Source: Monocercomonoides exilis PA203 (lineage: Eukaryota; Protista; Preaxostyla). Taken from it: a stretch of 64,000 bases of DNA. A program made the position numbers and the translations under genes. Positions within the stretch are counted from its first letter, which is position 1. The number at the start of each line of letters is the position of its first letter. The notes under the pieces were generated by a model, which saw only the letters and a program-made list of their open reading frames with translations, ran no database searches and was not told the origin of the DNA. Below, in pieces: positions 46,375 through 59,300 of this stretch. The stretch is from NCBI GenBank assembly GCA_001643675.2, contig LSRY02000012.1, positions 1 to 64,000 on the forward strand, read 5' to 3'.

Positions 46375-49300
46375 TGGTGTGTGCATAAACCCTCACATAT
46401 GCACAAACCCGCACTATTCTGTTCATTAAAAAGAAAAGTCACATTGGAATTGACTTCACATTTCAAATACAAAAAATTATCTAAAATTGATTTTAAATAA
46501 TATATTTTCAAAATTTGTCGATTCTTTCATGGTTGGTTTTCCCATATCTTTATATAGTATCTTTAAAATATCGATTTCAATACTCAATTATCAAATTTCT
46601 AATATGGATGAAATGAAAAAAGAAAAGATAATCATCAACAAATCTCAACGCAATAGTTATTATTGTCAACAAAGAGCTGTAAGGATGAGATTAAAAGGAG
46701 AATTAGCTGGAATAAATGGAAGGCCAAGATACTTATCTACAGAAGAAGAAGAAAGGTTGGAAGAAATTTTTCTTTATTGGGATGATTCTGTAACTCAGCC
46801 AACAATTAAAGACATTCCGAAACTGGTTTGTTATAGATTATTTATTTTTTTCTGTTAATTAACTTTTTTCAGGCAAGGAGTTTCAGAATACAAATGTCTG
46901 AAAAGTCTGCAATTTACATAGAAATGCCAAGCATAAGATGGGTGTATGGTTTTCTTTCCATACATAAGCAATTGAAAACCATTCATTCCATTCGACTCGA
47001 TCATGCTCGTCTTCGAGCTTCTTTAAAAAGCAATATTTTTTCGTTTTTGATTCACCCACGTTCAATGATGCAAAGAAAAAAATACCATCCTTCATTAATT
47101 TTTCAGTTGGATGAAACCAGCTGTCAATCTTCAGATAAAAGAGAAAACTTAAGAGTTGTATCGAATAAATGCTCATTCATTCCTTCATTAAGAATACCTC
47201 CTCTTCATCACCTCACACTTCTTTTGATTGTCAAGGCTGATGGATGTCATCTTCCGACGCATCTTCTATTTCCTTTTTAATATGAAAAAGAAATAAAGGA
47301 ACAATGGAGTGATGAAAGTTTTATTTTGCACTCATCAAAAAAAGGTTGGATGACAAAGGAGTTATTTGAAGAAATAATGTTAACAAATATATTACCACAT
47401 ATTCAAAAGCAACGCAAAAATGTGATTAAAATGAATCGATATCTTCAAGAAAAGCAAGAACAAAAAACTGGAAATAGAAAAACTAACAAAGAACAAGAAT
47501 TAGAACAGTCAAGGAAAACATTTATCAATGAAAGAATACAAAAGGAATTAACTTCAAATACAAAAGCGGAAAATTTTTCGGAACAATATCCATCACTGAC
47601 TCAAGAATCACAGCAAATTATTTCGCGAAATGAAAAAAACTTAAAAGATGATGAATTATTTTCGGATTCCAATTTCACTGAAACGCACAAAATGTCAAGT
47701 CGCCAAGTTTATGATGGCGTTTCAACTCCGAAGTCTGAAGACCAAAAATCAACAATTACTTCAATTACAACTCAATGCGAATCCATTGAACATCAATTAT
47801 TGAATTTGGACGTTTCATCTCAGCATTCTCAACACATTTTGCCTTCAAATGATCAACAAATTAATACAGATGGAACAACAAATGATTTATGCGAAGATTT
47901 TGTTTCTTCATTTCCAGAAGACAAGTTGAGTTCTTTTGGTATCTTGTTGAATGATGACAAATGGGAAGAATGCAATTGGTGGCAGTATACTGAATCTCAG
48001 ATACATGAATCAATCTATGAAGAATCTTGTTCGTCAGAGAAAAATGACTTCAAGTTGAAAGAAGAATCCAATGATGTTCCACCAGCACTCATAATACTAG
48101 ATGGTCATTCTTCAAGGCAGAATTAAAAACTGTGGCAACAATTTGCTTCAGAAAATGTTGATGTATTTGTGATTCCTGCCCACACATCTCACATTTTACA
48201 ACCGCTTGATCTTGGACCAAACGCTATCCTTAAACACCATCTCAAAAAAGTCAGAAATGAGCCATCAATCAAAAGAATGAAAAAAGAATTCTTTCCTTTT
48301 GTTCGAGCCATAACAGATTGCGCTTAATATGCTCTTGCTCCAAAGATAATAAGACACGGGTTTTTTGAGGCTGGCATAACATCATTTTCGATCAAACATG
48401 TTCTCGACAAAACTCTTGATTCTTTACCACCTGAAGTGAAGCCTTCAAAAAGGACGAAACGCTGGTCGATTTCGGGCAAATGCATCACAACAAAGGAGTT
48501 TCTGAATGAATGGGAGTTTCATGAAAAAGAAAAGGAATCAAAAACGTTAGATAAAGAATTACAACAGCAAACAAACAACGAAGACAAAGTGGGAAGCGAA
48601 AAGCGTTCAGATTGTGAAAAGAGTGAGTATCTTTCAAATAAAGAAACTTCTGAAAATACATGTTTCGAAAAATGCAATACACAAACTCAAACAAAAATTA
48701 TCAATGATGCACACCCTATGGAAGATGAAACAGAGCCTACAGATTCTCAAGAAGGGGAGGACAATGTGTTGGATGTGCCTTTGTTTCGACGTTCAAAAAA
48801 CAAAAGAGTTCATTCCTTTGATCATTCGTCAAGTTGCTCTGATGAAAGCCTTTCCGAATTGAATAGTTCTGAAACGTCCTCATATTCCAGTCACGATTCT
48901 TTAGAACCAACTTCAAAAAAATCAAAATCAAATATCAGAAAAACGAAAATGAAAAAAAAGAGATATCGTGATGAAAGTGAGAAAGATTTTGATTAGTTAT
49001 ATAATGAAGAAGAAATAAGTGAAATGATCAGTCAAACAATGGACAGAGGCGACAAACCAAAATTGTACTCGACACGATCAATCAAAACCATGACGAATAA
49101 ATATTCTGACCTGTACGTTGTATTTACTGACTCTGACGATGAAGAAGTCGAAAAAGAAATCAAATGAAAAAAACGAAAGAATTATTAATTAACGTTTTTT
49201 TAAAGAATATAAATTCAGTTTTTTTTTCACACATGAATTCTTCACAATTCCTTTTTTTTTTTTGAAAAATTATTACTTCAGAAAAATTGAAAATAACTTG

Positions 49301-50570
49301 ACATTCGAAAATAAATGCTACAAGAACAATAAAAAATCATTACAAAGAATAGTCAAAACAATATAAAAGTATTTCACAAACCTTTTAACATGCGCTCAAA
49401 CAGTCAACTGTCAAACGATAAAATTTCTTATTTGAGGACGGATAGTCTAAAAAGAAATCATAAAAGGACTATATTGAACATGACAAGTTGTAAAAATGAA
49501 TGAGCGCTTTTGTTTCAAAAAATTTGAATATTTAAAATAAAATCAGACCTTTGATTCAATCTGCAACGTAAATGTGTTCGGTTTTTGTTTTTTGTTTTTA
49601 TGAATCCGAATTTCCATAAAAGAAAAAGTATTCACTTTCTGTTTTTGAACGATTTTCCTTTTTTGTTCAAACAACACGTCATTATAGATTGAATTTTCTA
49701 TTCGGTGGATCGAGAATAAATTTCAATGATTTCTAGCGGGACACGAGAGCAAATATAGAATAAATGAACACATTATTCAATAAAAAATTGATAAGATAAT
49801 GGATAAATAAACAAACGTTTCTTTTTGATTATATTTATTACACAAATTGTCGAATAATTGTTTATATTATAAAGATTAATTGTGAAAAGCAATTTTAATT
49901 CATATTTGAATAAAGGCCTAAAATAATTAAACTCTCGAAATTAATATTTATTTTTAGGGATAAAAACCATTATCCGCTCTGAAACTTATCAAGAAAATGA
50001 AAACTGTTTGTTCTTTGTAATTTGATGTTATTCAAATTGAAACATATATTTTTTGAATCACTGTCACAATTATTTATTCGAGCATGTTTCAATTTTTCAA
50101 TTAATTGTTCATCTTTTTTGATATAATTGTTTTTCAGTTTTAAGGAAATAAACTTTCGATTCAAGAATTCAGACGTGTAACTTTTGAATAAAAATAATGA
50201 AATTAACATTTTCGAAGTTCTAATATTCCTATTTGCAGATTCTCATTTTTTTTTGCATATTCACAAACAATTTATCATTTCATATGTTTTTCGAATTGAA
50301 TAATACAATAAAAGACTGTGATAAACAAAATTTTGATTTTTGCAGGTTAAATGTCGATAATGAAAGAAAAAAAAAAAATTGAACGAGAACTTTTAACAAA
50401 AAACAAAAGATGATCCTTTTTGAACAGTAAATATTTTTAATGCTTTTGTTCTTTTCAAGAAATGAATCAACAACCAAATCAGATGCAATTTCGTAATAAG
50501 ATATTCTCAAACTTTCATTTAAACCCGAGTGTGCGGGTTTATGCAATTGTGCGGGTTTTGCACATCACTA
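46375..50570 (+). mobile_element. pogo-type (Tc1/mariner superfamily) DNA transposon with ~40-bp imperfect TIRs
   Basis: Left TIR tggtgtgtgcataaaccctcacatatgcacaaacccgcac (46375-46414). Right TIR gtgcgggtttatgcaattgtgcgggttttgcacatcacta (50531-50570). Each holds two tgca.aaaccc.cac subrepeats. Encloses a DDE_1 transposase. Confidence 0.85.
46604..49167 (+). pseudogene. pogo-like DD35D transposase interrupted by in-frame TAA/TAG codons
   Basis: Exon 1 (GRPRYLSTEEEERL), intron 46826-46872, then one frame with FQLDET, SKKGWMT, ILDGHSS, IPAHTSHILQPLD. Stops at 47278, 48124, 48325 (TAA) and 48994 (TAG); TGA at 49165. Confidence 0.85.
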
Positions 50571-51149
50571 TTAAACAATGAGAAATGTCTCATAATTGTT
50601 TCAAAATTTTAAATATTTGTGTCAAATAAAAAAATTTTGTCATGTCTGTCAATAATTGAAAATCCATGTCAGATTTGGTTTTTGTGAAAAAAATATTTTT
50701 TTATCTGATTATTTGGGATTTCTTAATATTAATTAATATTTGTTGATATATTCATTATATTTTATTCTTTTTACTTCGCTTTGTTTCAAAATTAAAATAA
50801 ATAACACTTCCCTTCCAGATATTGACTCCATTGACAGTCACAGATACAACTGATGGAAGGAAGATCAAAAATTTTCAGTTTTTTTTTTGAAAAACGTATT
50901 TTTGTATTTCGTTCATTTGAATAAATAATAAATAATATTTGCATGTGAAATAATTGTTTCCATAATTGAGATTCTGACATAAAAATTATCTCTGGGTCAT
51001 TCAGGAAACCAATTTTGAATGTAAACAGCCACAAAGAAACATATGACTCATTTTTTTTTAGAAAACTTCTTTTTGATTTGTTTTCTTATAAAATACTTCT
51101 TTCATATTTTCATTCATTTTTTTTTTGTTCTCTCTCACTTAAGTTCACT

Positions 51150-52123
51150 GCAATGGATATCAAAACAAAAATTATGCTATTATTTCCATTTTGGTGAAGT
51201 TAAGTGAGCGGGAACAGAAAATTGATGTAAATATTAAACTTATATTTCATTTGAAAATAAAACAAAAGGAATTATCCAAAAAAATAAAGATAAATATGTG
51301 ATATTTTTTTCGAAAAGTCGCAAACGAACATTTTTTTTGAAAATAATGTTAATCTTCATATTTTGCTCAAATTTCTTTTCACATTCACATATCTTCACTT
51401 GAATGCATGAAATACAATTTTTCAATAATGGATTCCATATTAGTGGAGTTTGGTGCATGTTAAAAGAAATTTGAGCAAAATTTGAAAATTTTGATTTATT
51501 TGGAAATCAAACATTTGTGACTTTTCAAAAAGAATCACCCATTTGTTTATCCAATGTCCAACAGATCTGCCTCTGTATCAATTCGGTTAATATAAAAATA
51601 TTTTCGTCCCGGAACAGAAATTCACTCTGATCAATGGAAAGCATATTCTTCTTTGAGTGAGAATGGATTCACACACAAGACCGTCAATCATTCCGAGCAT
51701 TTTGTGGGTTTTTATTTTCACTTTTTATTGTCTTTTTTTCATGAAATGTTATTTCTCACTTTTTCAGATCCAATCACAGGCGCTTGCACAAATCATATTT
51801 GAGCATTGTGGGCTTCGCTTCGTAAGTTCATGCCTTCACATGGAGTAAGAATTAATAGAATGCAAGAATATATCTATTCATTTTTGTTTTTCAGAAATCG
51901 AAAAGTTGATTTTTCCATTTTTGTGTCGAATGTTATGAAATACAGTGATGAAGAATCCAAAGCTCTTAAGGATGAAGCTTTTGGGCCAGAAGAAGAGGAA
52001 GAAGAGGCTGAAGCTGAAATGCAACATGAAGAAGAATCTTCTGAATAAGATTATGAATTTGAAACAGATTTTTCATCAGATGGTGCTGAGGATGGAGCTG
52101 ATACATCTGAATGGGAGGCTGAT
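51150..52123 (+). pseudogene. Merlin / IS1595 (ISXO2-like) DDE transposase remnant
   Basis: RPGTEIHSDQWKAYSSL...HKTVNHSEHFV|DPITGACTNHI*ALWASLR across an intron (~51708-51767). The catalytic Glu position is TGA. Upstream part degraded; boundaries approximate. Confidence 0.8.
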
Positions 52124-52639
52124 AAATAAATACCGATTTTTCCACATATCATTCTTCTTAAAATAGAAAAACATCGCACTCTCTTTAATTATTTCTTTGT
52201 TTTATAAAGATTTGTGAGGTGGTTTATAAGTACCATTTGCGGAATAAAAGCATGTTAAATCAGTCACAAATTTTCCACCTAAAAAAAAAAAAAAAAAAAA
52301 GATATTCTTTTCTTTTTTAACGCAATGAAAATATTTTCGTTTCAAAGATCATTTCTCTTCAATATATCACATTTTTCCTTTTAACAAATTTAAATTGTTA
52401 AAAATTGTATTTCTAGATATTTTGATTGAATAGCGGCTTCAGTACGTAAATTTGGTATAATCATATAAAAAAATGAGATCTATTTGTCATACAAACCGAA
52501 GTGTTATAAGAGTTATTTTTCAAAGGCGTGATTCAATTAATGATTTAATAAAAAATATCGACTTCATTCCACCGCATTTATGTTTTGGATGGGTTTTATA
52601 TTCAAAAATACGATGTGGTCAACATCAATTTGAAACTAC

Positions 52640-53315
52640 CTACTTACGTGCAGGTTTGTTTTGAGAAGGCTTGTTTTGTGCTGCTTTTGTTGTACGTTGT
52701 GCGTTATTTTTTGATGGAGCTGCTCCCTTCTTGCGTCTTAAATCAGTTACAGGCAAAGTGCGTACGACACCTGGAATGCGTCCCATTCCAATTTGGTGCA
52801 ACATGTTCATGGTTGTCTTATCAACTTCAATGCCTTCGGTTTTCACCTCGGACACTTCTGGGCAATAGTTATCACGTTTTTCACGTTCCTCTTCTTGCAT
52901 TTTCAATGAGATGCCATGAACTGGACCCTAAAACAATAATTATAAAAAGAACAAGTAATATGCAAAATGATATGGAAAAAACGAACATTTGAAGTTGTAA
53001 TTTATTTTTAAGATGTTCAATCAAAGACGCATAATACATACTTTTTCAATTCTTGTCATGAGATGAGTAAGAAATCCAGCGATCTTATTACGAAGACGCT
53101 TTGATGAAATAATAGCAACTTGCTCGCATACGCGTTTGTTTACCTGAAAATCGTTGGTAAGGCGAGGATAATATTTCTCAATGATAACACGTGCAGCTTT
53201 CTTGACAGCCTTATTACGAACACGACCCTAAAATAAAAATATAAATAAATAAAGCAATATTGAAATATAATAAAAGTATATGCAAATGATAGTTTAACCG
53301 CAAAAAACAAACCAT
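52640..53315 (-). CDS. RPS17: 40S ribosomal protein S17 (eS17), 3 exons, 158 aa
   Basis: Exons 53313-53315, 53042-53227 and 52640-52927. M|[62 protein letters not shown]|[26 protein letters not shown]. Confidence 0.97.
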
Positions 53316-53365
53316 CTATAATTCAATGATCTTTTTCCATTCTTTATCTTTCGACATTGATCTCA

Positions 53366-56300
53366 ATGAATTTCCAAGATGCTCTTATTCGACTAGAAAG
53401 GAAATTTACTGCACCAGCTATTAAGCCTGGAACTAAAAATGAAGTGTCAATAATTTCAGATGGATTCCTTTTGCTAACATTTTCCACATTTGTCGATTCA
53501 GGATCATCACCTCTTCTCGTTAATCGTCATCGTCTCGAGCAATTTTTTGTAACAATGAATACAAAGCCATTATATGGAATTAGCTATCTTGCTGCTCCTC
53601 GAGTTATTTGTCGTGTACTTCTTGCATTGCGACAAAAAACAAATATTTCACATTTTCTACGTGATTTCATCCAGCATTTTTCTGGATTTTCAATAGATGC
53701 TCGACAAATATCTATGCTTCATTCTTATGGTAAAACAATGATGCGCATGAAGCATTTATTTTCCATTCATCAAACTGAAACATTAACTCTTTTCTCTAAA
53801 TGGCAAAAATACTCACCGCCTTTTATTCAGCTTGCAATACACAAAGCCCAATATCAAGCCTTGTATGCACATACAGTAGTGCTTCATTCTTACGCTGCAT
53901 TGAACAGTCCAGAAGCAATGGATGAAACTACAACGGCTCATCCTGCTTTATCAACATCAACTCCTGTTCAGCTTTCTCCTCAGAATTTGGATGCTTTGGT
54001 AAAAATGGTTCAAGCACCACTTGGAAATAAAAATGCACCTTCAATATCCTTATCATATGCACTTCTCTCGCTCCCACTTGCTGCTGTAAACAATCCAAGT
54101 CTGACAAAAGGATGCTTAAGAATACTTGAAAAGACACTGAACGACGACAGTTATCCATATCGCATTCAAGTCGTTGCTTCACAATCAATGGGGCTATTTC
54201 TTGCTATTTCGTGTCATTTTTCGCTTCCTTTTTTTGCTCCACAGCCATTCGGGTCAACTCCTCTTTATCGAAATCTTCAATCACTTTTGCCTTCTCCCCA
54301 ATGTCTGCCTGAAATTGTTGGAAAGTCGCCATCTGCATCTTTGCTCTTTTCCAGAAAAGACAGCGATTCTTCAGAACAGTCGCCTCAGGACACGTTTCGT
54401 TCGCATGTTGGATATCTTTGCCAAGGAATGATGAAAGGTCTGTCAAATGAACAAATCATTTTGGGTAATTTTATAAACTTAATAGAAAGATTTTGGCTTT
54501 GCTAAAAATTTTTATGTTTTGTATGTTTTGTATATTTTTTGCTGAAACATTTTTTGCACGCTTTTTGAGATTTTCCCAAACTCAAATAAACATTTATTCT
54601 GTCATTTTTGTATTTGACATCTGCTTTTCCCCCACAAATTATGAAGGATCGCACACATCTCGTCTTCTGAAGGCATACACCCTCTCTCTTCTGCTGTCTG
54701 TTTGCCCGCCTCAATTTCTGTTGGCTAACATCGACTGCATCATTGATGCGCTTTCCTTCGTTGTTCTGTTTCCTCTTGCTGCACTTTGTTCCACAAACCG
54801 CTCCTCATCTTCTTCTCCTTCGTCTTCCTCGTCCATCATGTCTGCCCTGCCGACTGGCTCCTCTTCTGCTCTCCCGCAGACAGCCACAGACACATTCTGG
54901 GCACGCCAAGTGGCTGCCACATGCTTTCTCGACACTTTCGAAATGCCCAAAAGCAAAGAAGTCCACCGAAGAGGCGCCAGCCGAGCAGCCATTTCTTGCA
55001 CCGCTTCGTATTGGCACCGCAAAACTACGCTTTCGTCTTCTCTTCTTTCGCTGCCTCTTTCCTGCCACACACTGGCAGATGACACACCCCCACCAAACCC
55101 TTTCATCCCCCTCGCTACACCATTCACTCCTCAGTCTTCTTCGTCTTCTTCTCCTTCTTCTGCCTCATCCCACACCACAAACACACAAACACCCTCGTCT
55201 CCGCTGAGCAGCCGGGCAAACGTGTCTGCGACGTCTGCAGAGAGCATCGACCTGATCATTGCCCAGCACTGCTTCGCACTCGCCTTCCATCTTCTGCCCC
55301 AGTCCTTCGACAGCAGCGTGCTCTCAGCTGTCTTCGACTCCTTTCTCCGCCGGCTGGACGTGTTCGACTTGATCAACGTGATGGACAAGCGGCGCAAACG
55401 AGGCACAAAACCACCTTCAGCCACACACCCCAACGCAGCGCCTTATCAGCCGTCGTCTCTCAGTCTGAAGAGCAGCAGCTTCAGCTACCCCCACATCCGC
55501 CCTGTTGAACTTCCCTTCTCTCTGTTCGACCCGCCCTTCCCTCTTCTCCCCCTGCCTCCGCTTCTGCTGCGTGCCTACCTCCGCCAGATGACATCTCTCA
55601 TCCCGTCCATCCGCATCGAAGCATCCTGTGCCATTCAGCGCATCACAGGCGTCGTCTTTTCGGTGCTGTGCTTCCACCAGACACTCCAACAGCAGAATCC
55701 TCTGTCTCTTCTGCTGACTGCCCCTTCCTCGTCTTCCACTGCCCGGCAGAGAGGCCCCTCGTCTGCAGTCACCCCGCTCACCTCAGCCACCCTCACCTCA
55801 TACACCGACCACCCCTTCAGCCGCACTGCCCACTTTGCCATTGCCTTCATCCGCACACTCTGCTGCTGCATCCCTTCAGCCACACCAGTCGTCCGCACAC
55901 TCACCTCCCTCCTCTTCACTTCTGCCTCTTCTCTCCATTACCTCGTCGACGGCCTTGCCAAGGGAACTATCTCTGACGAGAACACATTTGCCCTTCCTCA
56001 GAAAAGACACACCCAACAGACACCGTTCAACAGACACTCAGCAAGCGAGTCTCAAACAGCTTCTTCGCTTTCTCCATCGACTCGCAGCTCGTCTGAATCT
56101 TCTCTTCCTCCGATGGCAGTCCCCATCAGAAGATTGGCTGGAGTCAAAGTGGTTCCTGAGGAGTCTCCTTCTCCCTCTCACTCTCCCACCCCTTCCAACT
56201 CACATTCGCCGTCGCCTTCTCTTTCGCCTTCGAATGCCTCGTCGACATCGCGTGAGCCTTTGCGAATTCACCAGCGACAGGCATCAGCCTCTCCCTCGCT

Positions 56301-59300
56301 CAGTCCAAGCACCCGCTCAGACAGCACAACCACAACTGCCTCCACTTCGAAGCCTCTTCTCAACCCGTCTGCCCAGTTCAAGTCATCCCACCCCACACAA
56401 AACATGCCATCTGCAACACCCACCCCGTTTGCCCCAAACGCCCTTTCAGCCAAAAGCACCCCGTCTCGCTCGCTCATTTCGATGGTGCTGCAGGCTGCCT
56501 CGATGCTGCGCCCACTCACAACAGCCCTCGCCTTCGTGCTCACTTCAGATGCTCCACCTGAGCCGCTGACTGCCACAACACAGCTGCAACGCCCAAGAAA
56601 GGTCGTGTGGTTGAAGGTGGACAGCGACGGAAAGAGGAAAGAAAGGAAGATGATGGTTCTGACAGAAAATTTGGGGTTTTTGACAGCTGTGCAATTCAAC
56701 AAGATCATTTCCTCGCTTCCTGTGCGCTCGCTGTACAGCTACCTTTCCCAGAACACTCGCCCCTTCTCTTCTCTCTCTTCTCCCACAGCCACACTCTGCC
56801 CAGCCACTCCATTAGCCTCCACAATGCGCTCAGCCACGTCTGCCTCGCGTTTCTGTGCGCCTCTCTGCTCGCCCAGCTCCATCCGCCAGCCGATCTGCTC
56901 TTTCATTCCAATCTCTCTGTATCGCTCGCTTTGTGCCCTTTCCACTTTTCTGCTGCAGATTCCGTGTCCGTCTGCCGTCGAAGGCGGATGGCGGTTGGCG
57001 GCTGCCCTGCTCACATCGCACAGAGCATTGGGAGTGATCAACTGGAGCGAAGACGACAGCCTCGCAAAGCAGAAGGAGCGCAGAAAGAAAGGGAGAGAAG
57101 GAGACGAGCCGCAGACAGACAAATACGGACTGCTCTTTCAGGGAGAGATGAAGCTGACACGCGACGAGAAGCGGAAGAAGAGGCGACAGGACAGAAAAGT
57201 GCAGAAGCTGGCAGGGAAAGGAGGAGGGCCTGAGAGAGACTTCAGCATGTTTGACAGAGTGAGAGAAGGAGGAGACGACAGCGTCGACAGCGACACCTTC
57301 AGCGACGATCTGAGTGAGCCAGGCGAAGCAGACAGCGAAGACGAGAGAGGAGCAGCGATGGTGCTGCCGGCAGAAGGGATTGCGTCGATGTTTGTGGTGC
57401 AGCGCAGATGGAGACACGAGGCACCGCATGCAGACATTGTCGACCCAGCAGACGAGGAGATGGTGCGAAAGAGGAGCAACAAGTGGTATTTTGAGGAAGG
57501 AAACGGAATCGACGATGCGAACGAGCTGATGGAAATGAGCGAAGACAAGTCGAAGGCATCATTTTCGTCTGTTTCTGGGAGCATTTCTGGAGGAAAGGCG
57601 AAGAAGAGGTGTGCAGATGAGCAGCAGACGAAGAGCCATCTTTTGTGCTGCGGAGGAGAAATGCCCGAGTTCTTTGAGGCGCTCCCAGCATGGATTGTGG
57701 ACTTGTCTGAGGAAGGCGCTCTGAATCCTCTTCTTGTGTTCTCATCCTTCCTAAAGAGAGACATTGCCATTCCGCCGCTTCCTTCAAAGCCAAAGACACT
57801 CGCTGCAAAGAGGACAGACAGCGATGACCAGTCATCAGCCAATGAACAACCTGCTTTCTCTGCACATCCCTGTGCACCTGCTGCCAAACAAGGTGCATTT
57901 GGAGCAGACAGAATAAATCAAAGTGGGAGATTCGTGTCAGGTGCCTCTCAAGGCGATGCCTCTGCTGCACGTGTTGCATCAGCATCTGACCCACCTTCCT
58001 TTACACCACTCTTCCCAGACTCGTATTCAGCAGCCATCCCGTCTTCCCCGTTTGTCCTGCACCACTTCCTCTCTCAGCGATTCTATGCACTCAGCGCCCT
58101 ATCATCTGCCCTGTCGTCTGTTGGAGTGCACTTTCTGTGCACCCTCCCTTCCATCGACACTGCCAACAACACTTTTCAAGAAATGCGCAATTTTGAGGCT
58201 GCCAGCAAAGCACAGTCACCGACTGACATCTTCGGAGAGGCCAAAGCTGTTGTTGACGACTATCCAATCAGACCGCTCTTCACGTGGGAGTCGCCTGCCT
58301 TCTCGCTCATCTCGACTCTTTCCTCTCTTCTCCTCGACTGCCTGTCGATTGCACTGACACTCAACAACAGATTCGCCTCACAATATCACAGCACCCTCAC
58401 CTCAGCCACGCTGATGAGCTCCTCCTCTTCTTCAGTCCCTCTCTCTTTCCTCTTCCTGGAGCGAACTCTGTTTGCTGTGTCCCACTCTCCTTCGCTCGTA
58501 GCATTGCGCTTCACTTCTCCTGATCTGCTGGCACTTGCAGCTGAAATGAGCGTGCCCTCACTTGTCCACTCGTCCCTTTCTCATGCTCTTCTCTCCCAGA
58601 ACGACATCGGCATGTTTTCTTATCTCGCTGGCTCCCCTTCGTCCCCCATTGAAGACGCTGTCCTGCGCTCTCCTTCGTCTGGAAGTGCGTTGTCTGTCCC
58701 TGGCACTGTCTCATCATCCACCGTGTCTGCATCTCTCCCTTCAAACAACGTTATCCTCTCCACCTCCTTCGACCTCATCCACACCCTCCCGTCTTCCTTC
58801 AGAGAGGCCACTCCAACAATCTATCCACTCCACAGAGCACCTCTTCCTCGCTCGTTCGTTCCGTTCCTCTCAAAAGCTCCTCCACAGCCGTCGCATGTGG
58901 AGCAGAACATTGCCTCCACACTTGGCATGTCTTCTCCTTCTGCCGGAAAGAAAGGCAGCAAAGAAGATGCATCAGGCGGAGGAAGCAGCGGAAGAGACTC
59001 TCCTTCACCTTCTCAATCTCCATCGCCATCAGCTGCACACAAAGCGAACAATCCGCTGGATGTGATGTTGGCATCGTCTGTCTCACTCTCCCGCAAAACA
59101 CGCGAAAATGACATCGAACTGAACGGCGCTGGTTCCATCGAGACGCAACAACCACCGCTGGCAGCGCTGCAGTTCAGAGCAGGCTGTGAGTTTCCCACTG
59201 CGTCTGATCTCGACCATGCTCTGTTCTTCAGCTCATTTGTGACACAGGCACACATCCCGACACACGACATCACTCGCCACGCCCTCGACTCAGTGGCACA

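Noticed and set aside
50580-52290. Terminal inverted repeats for the Merlin remnant
   Set aside because: No convincing inverted pair or TSD found by eye.
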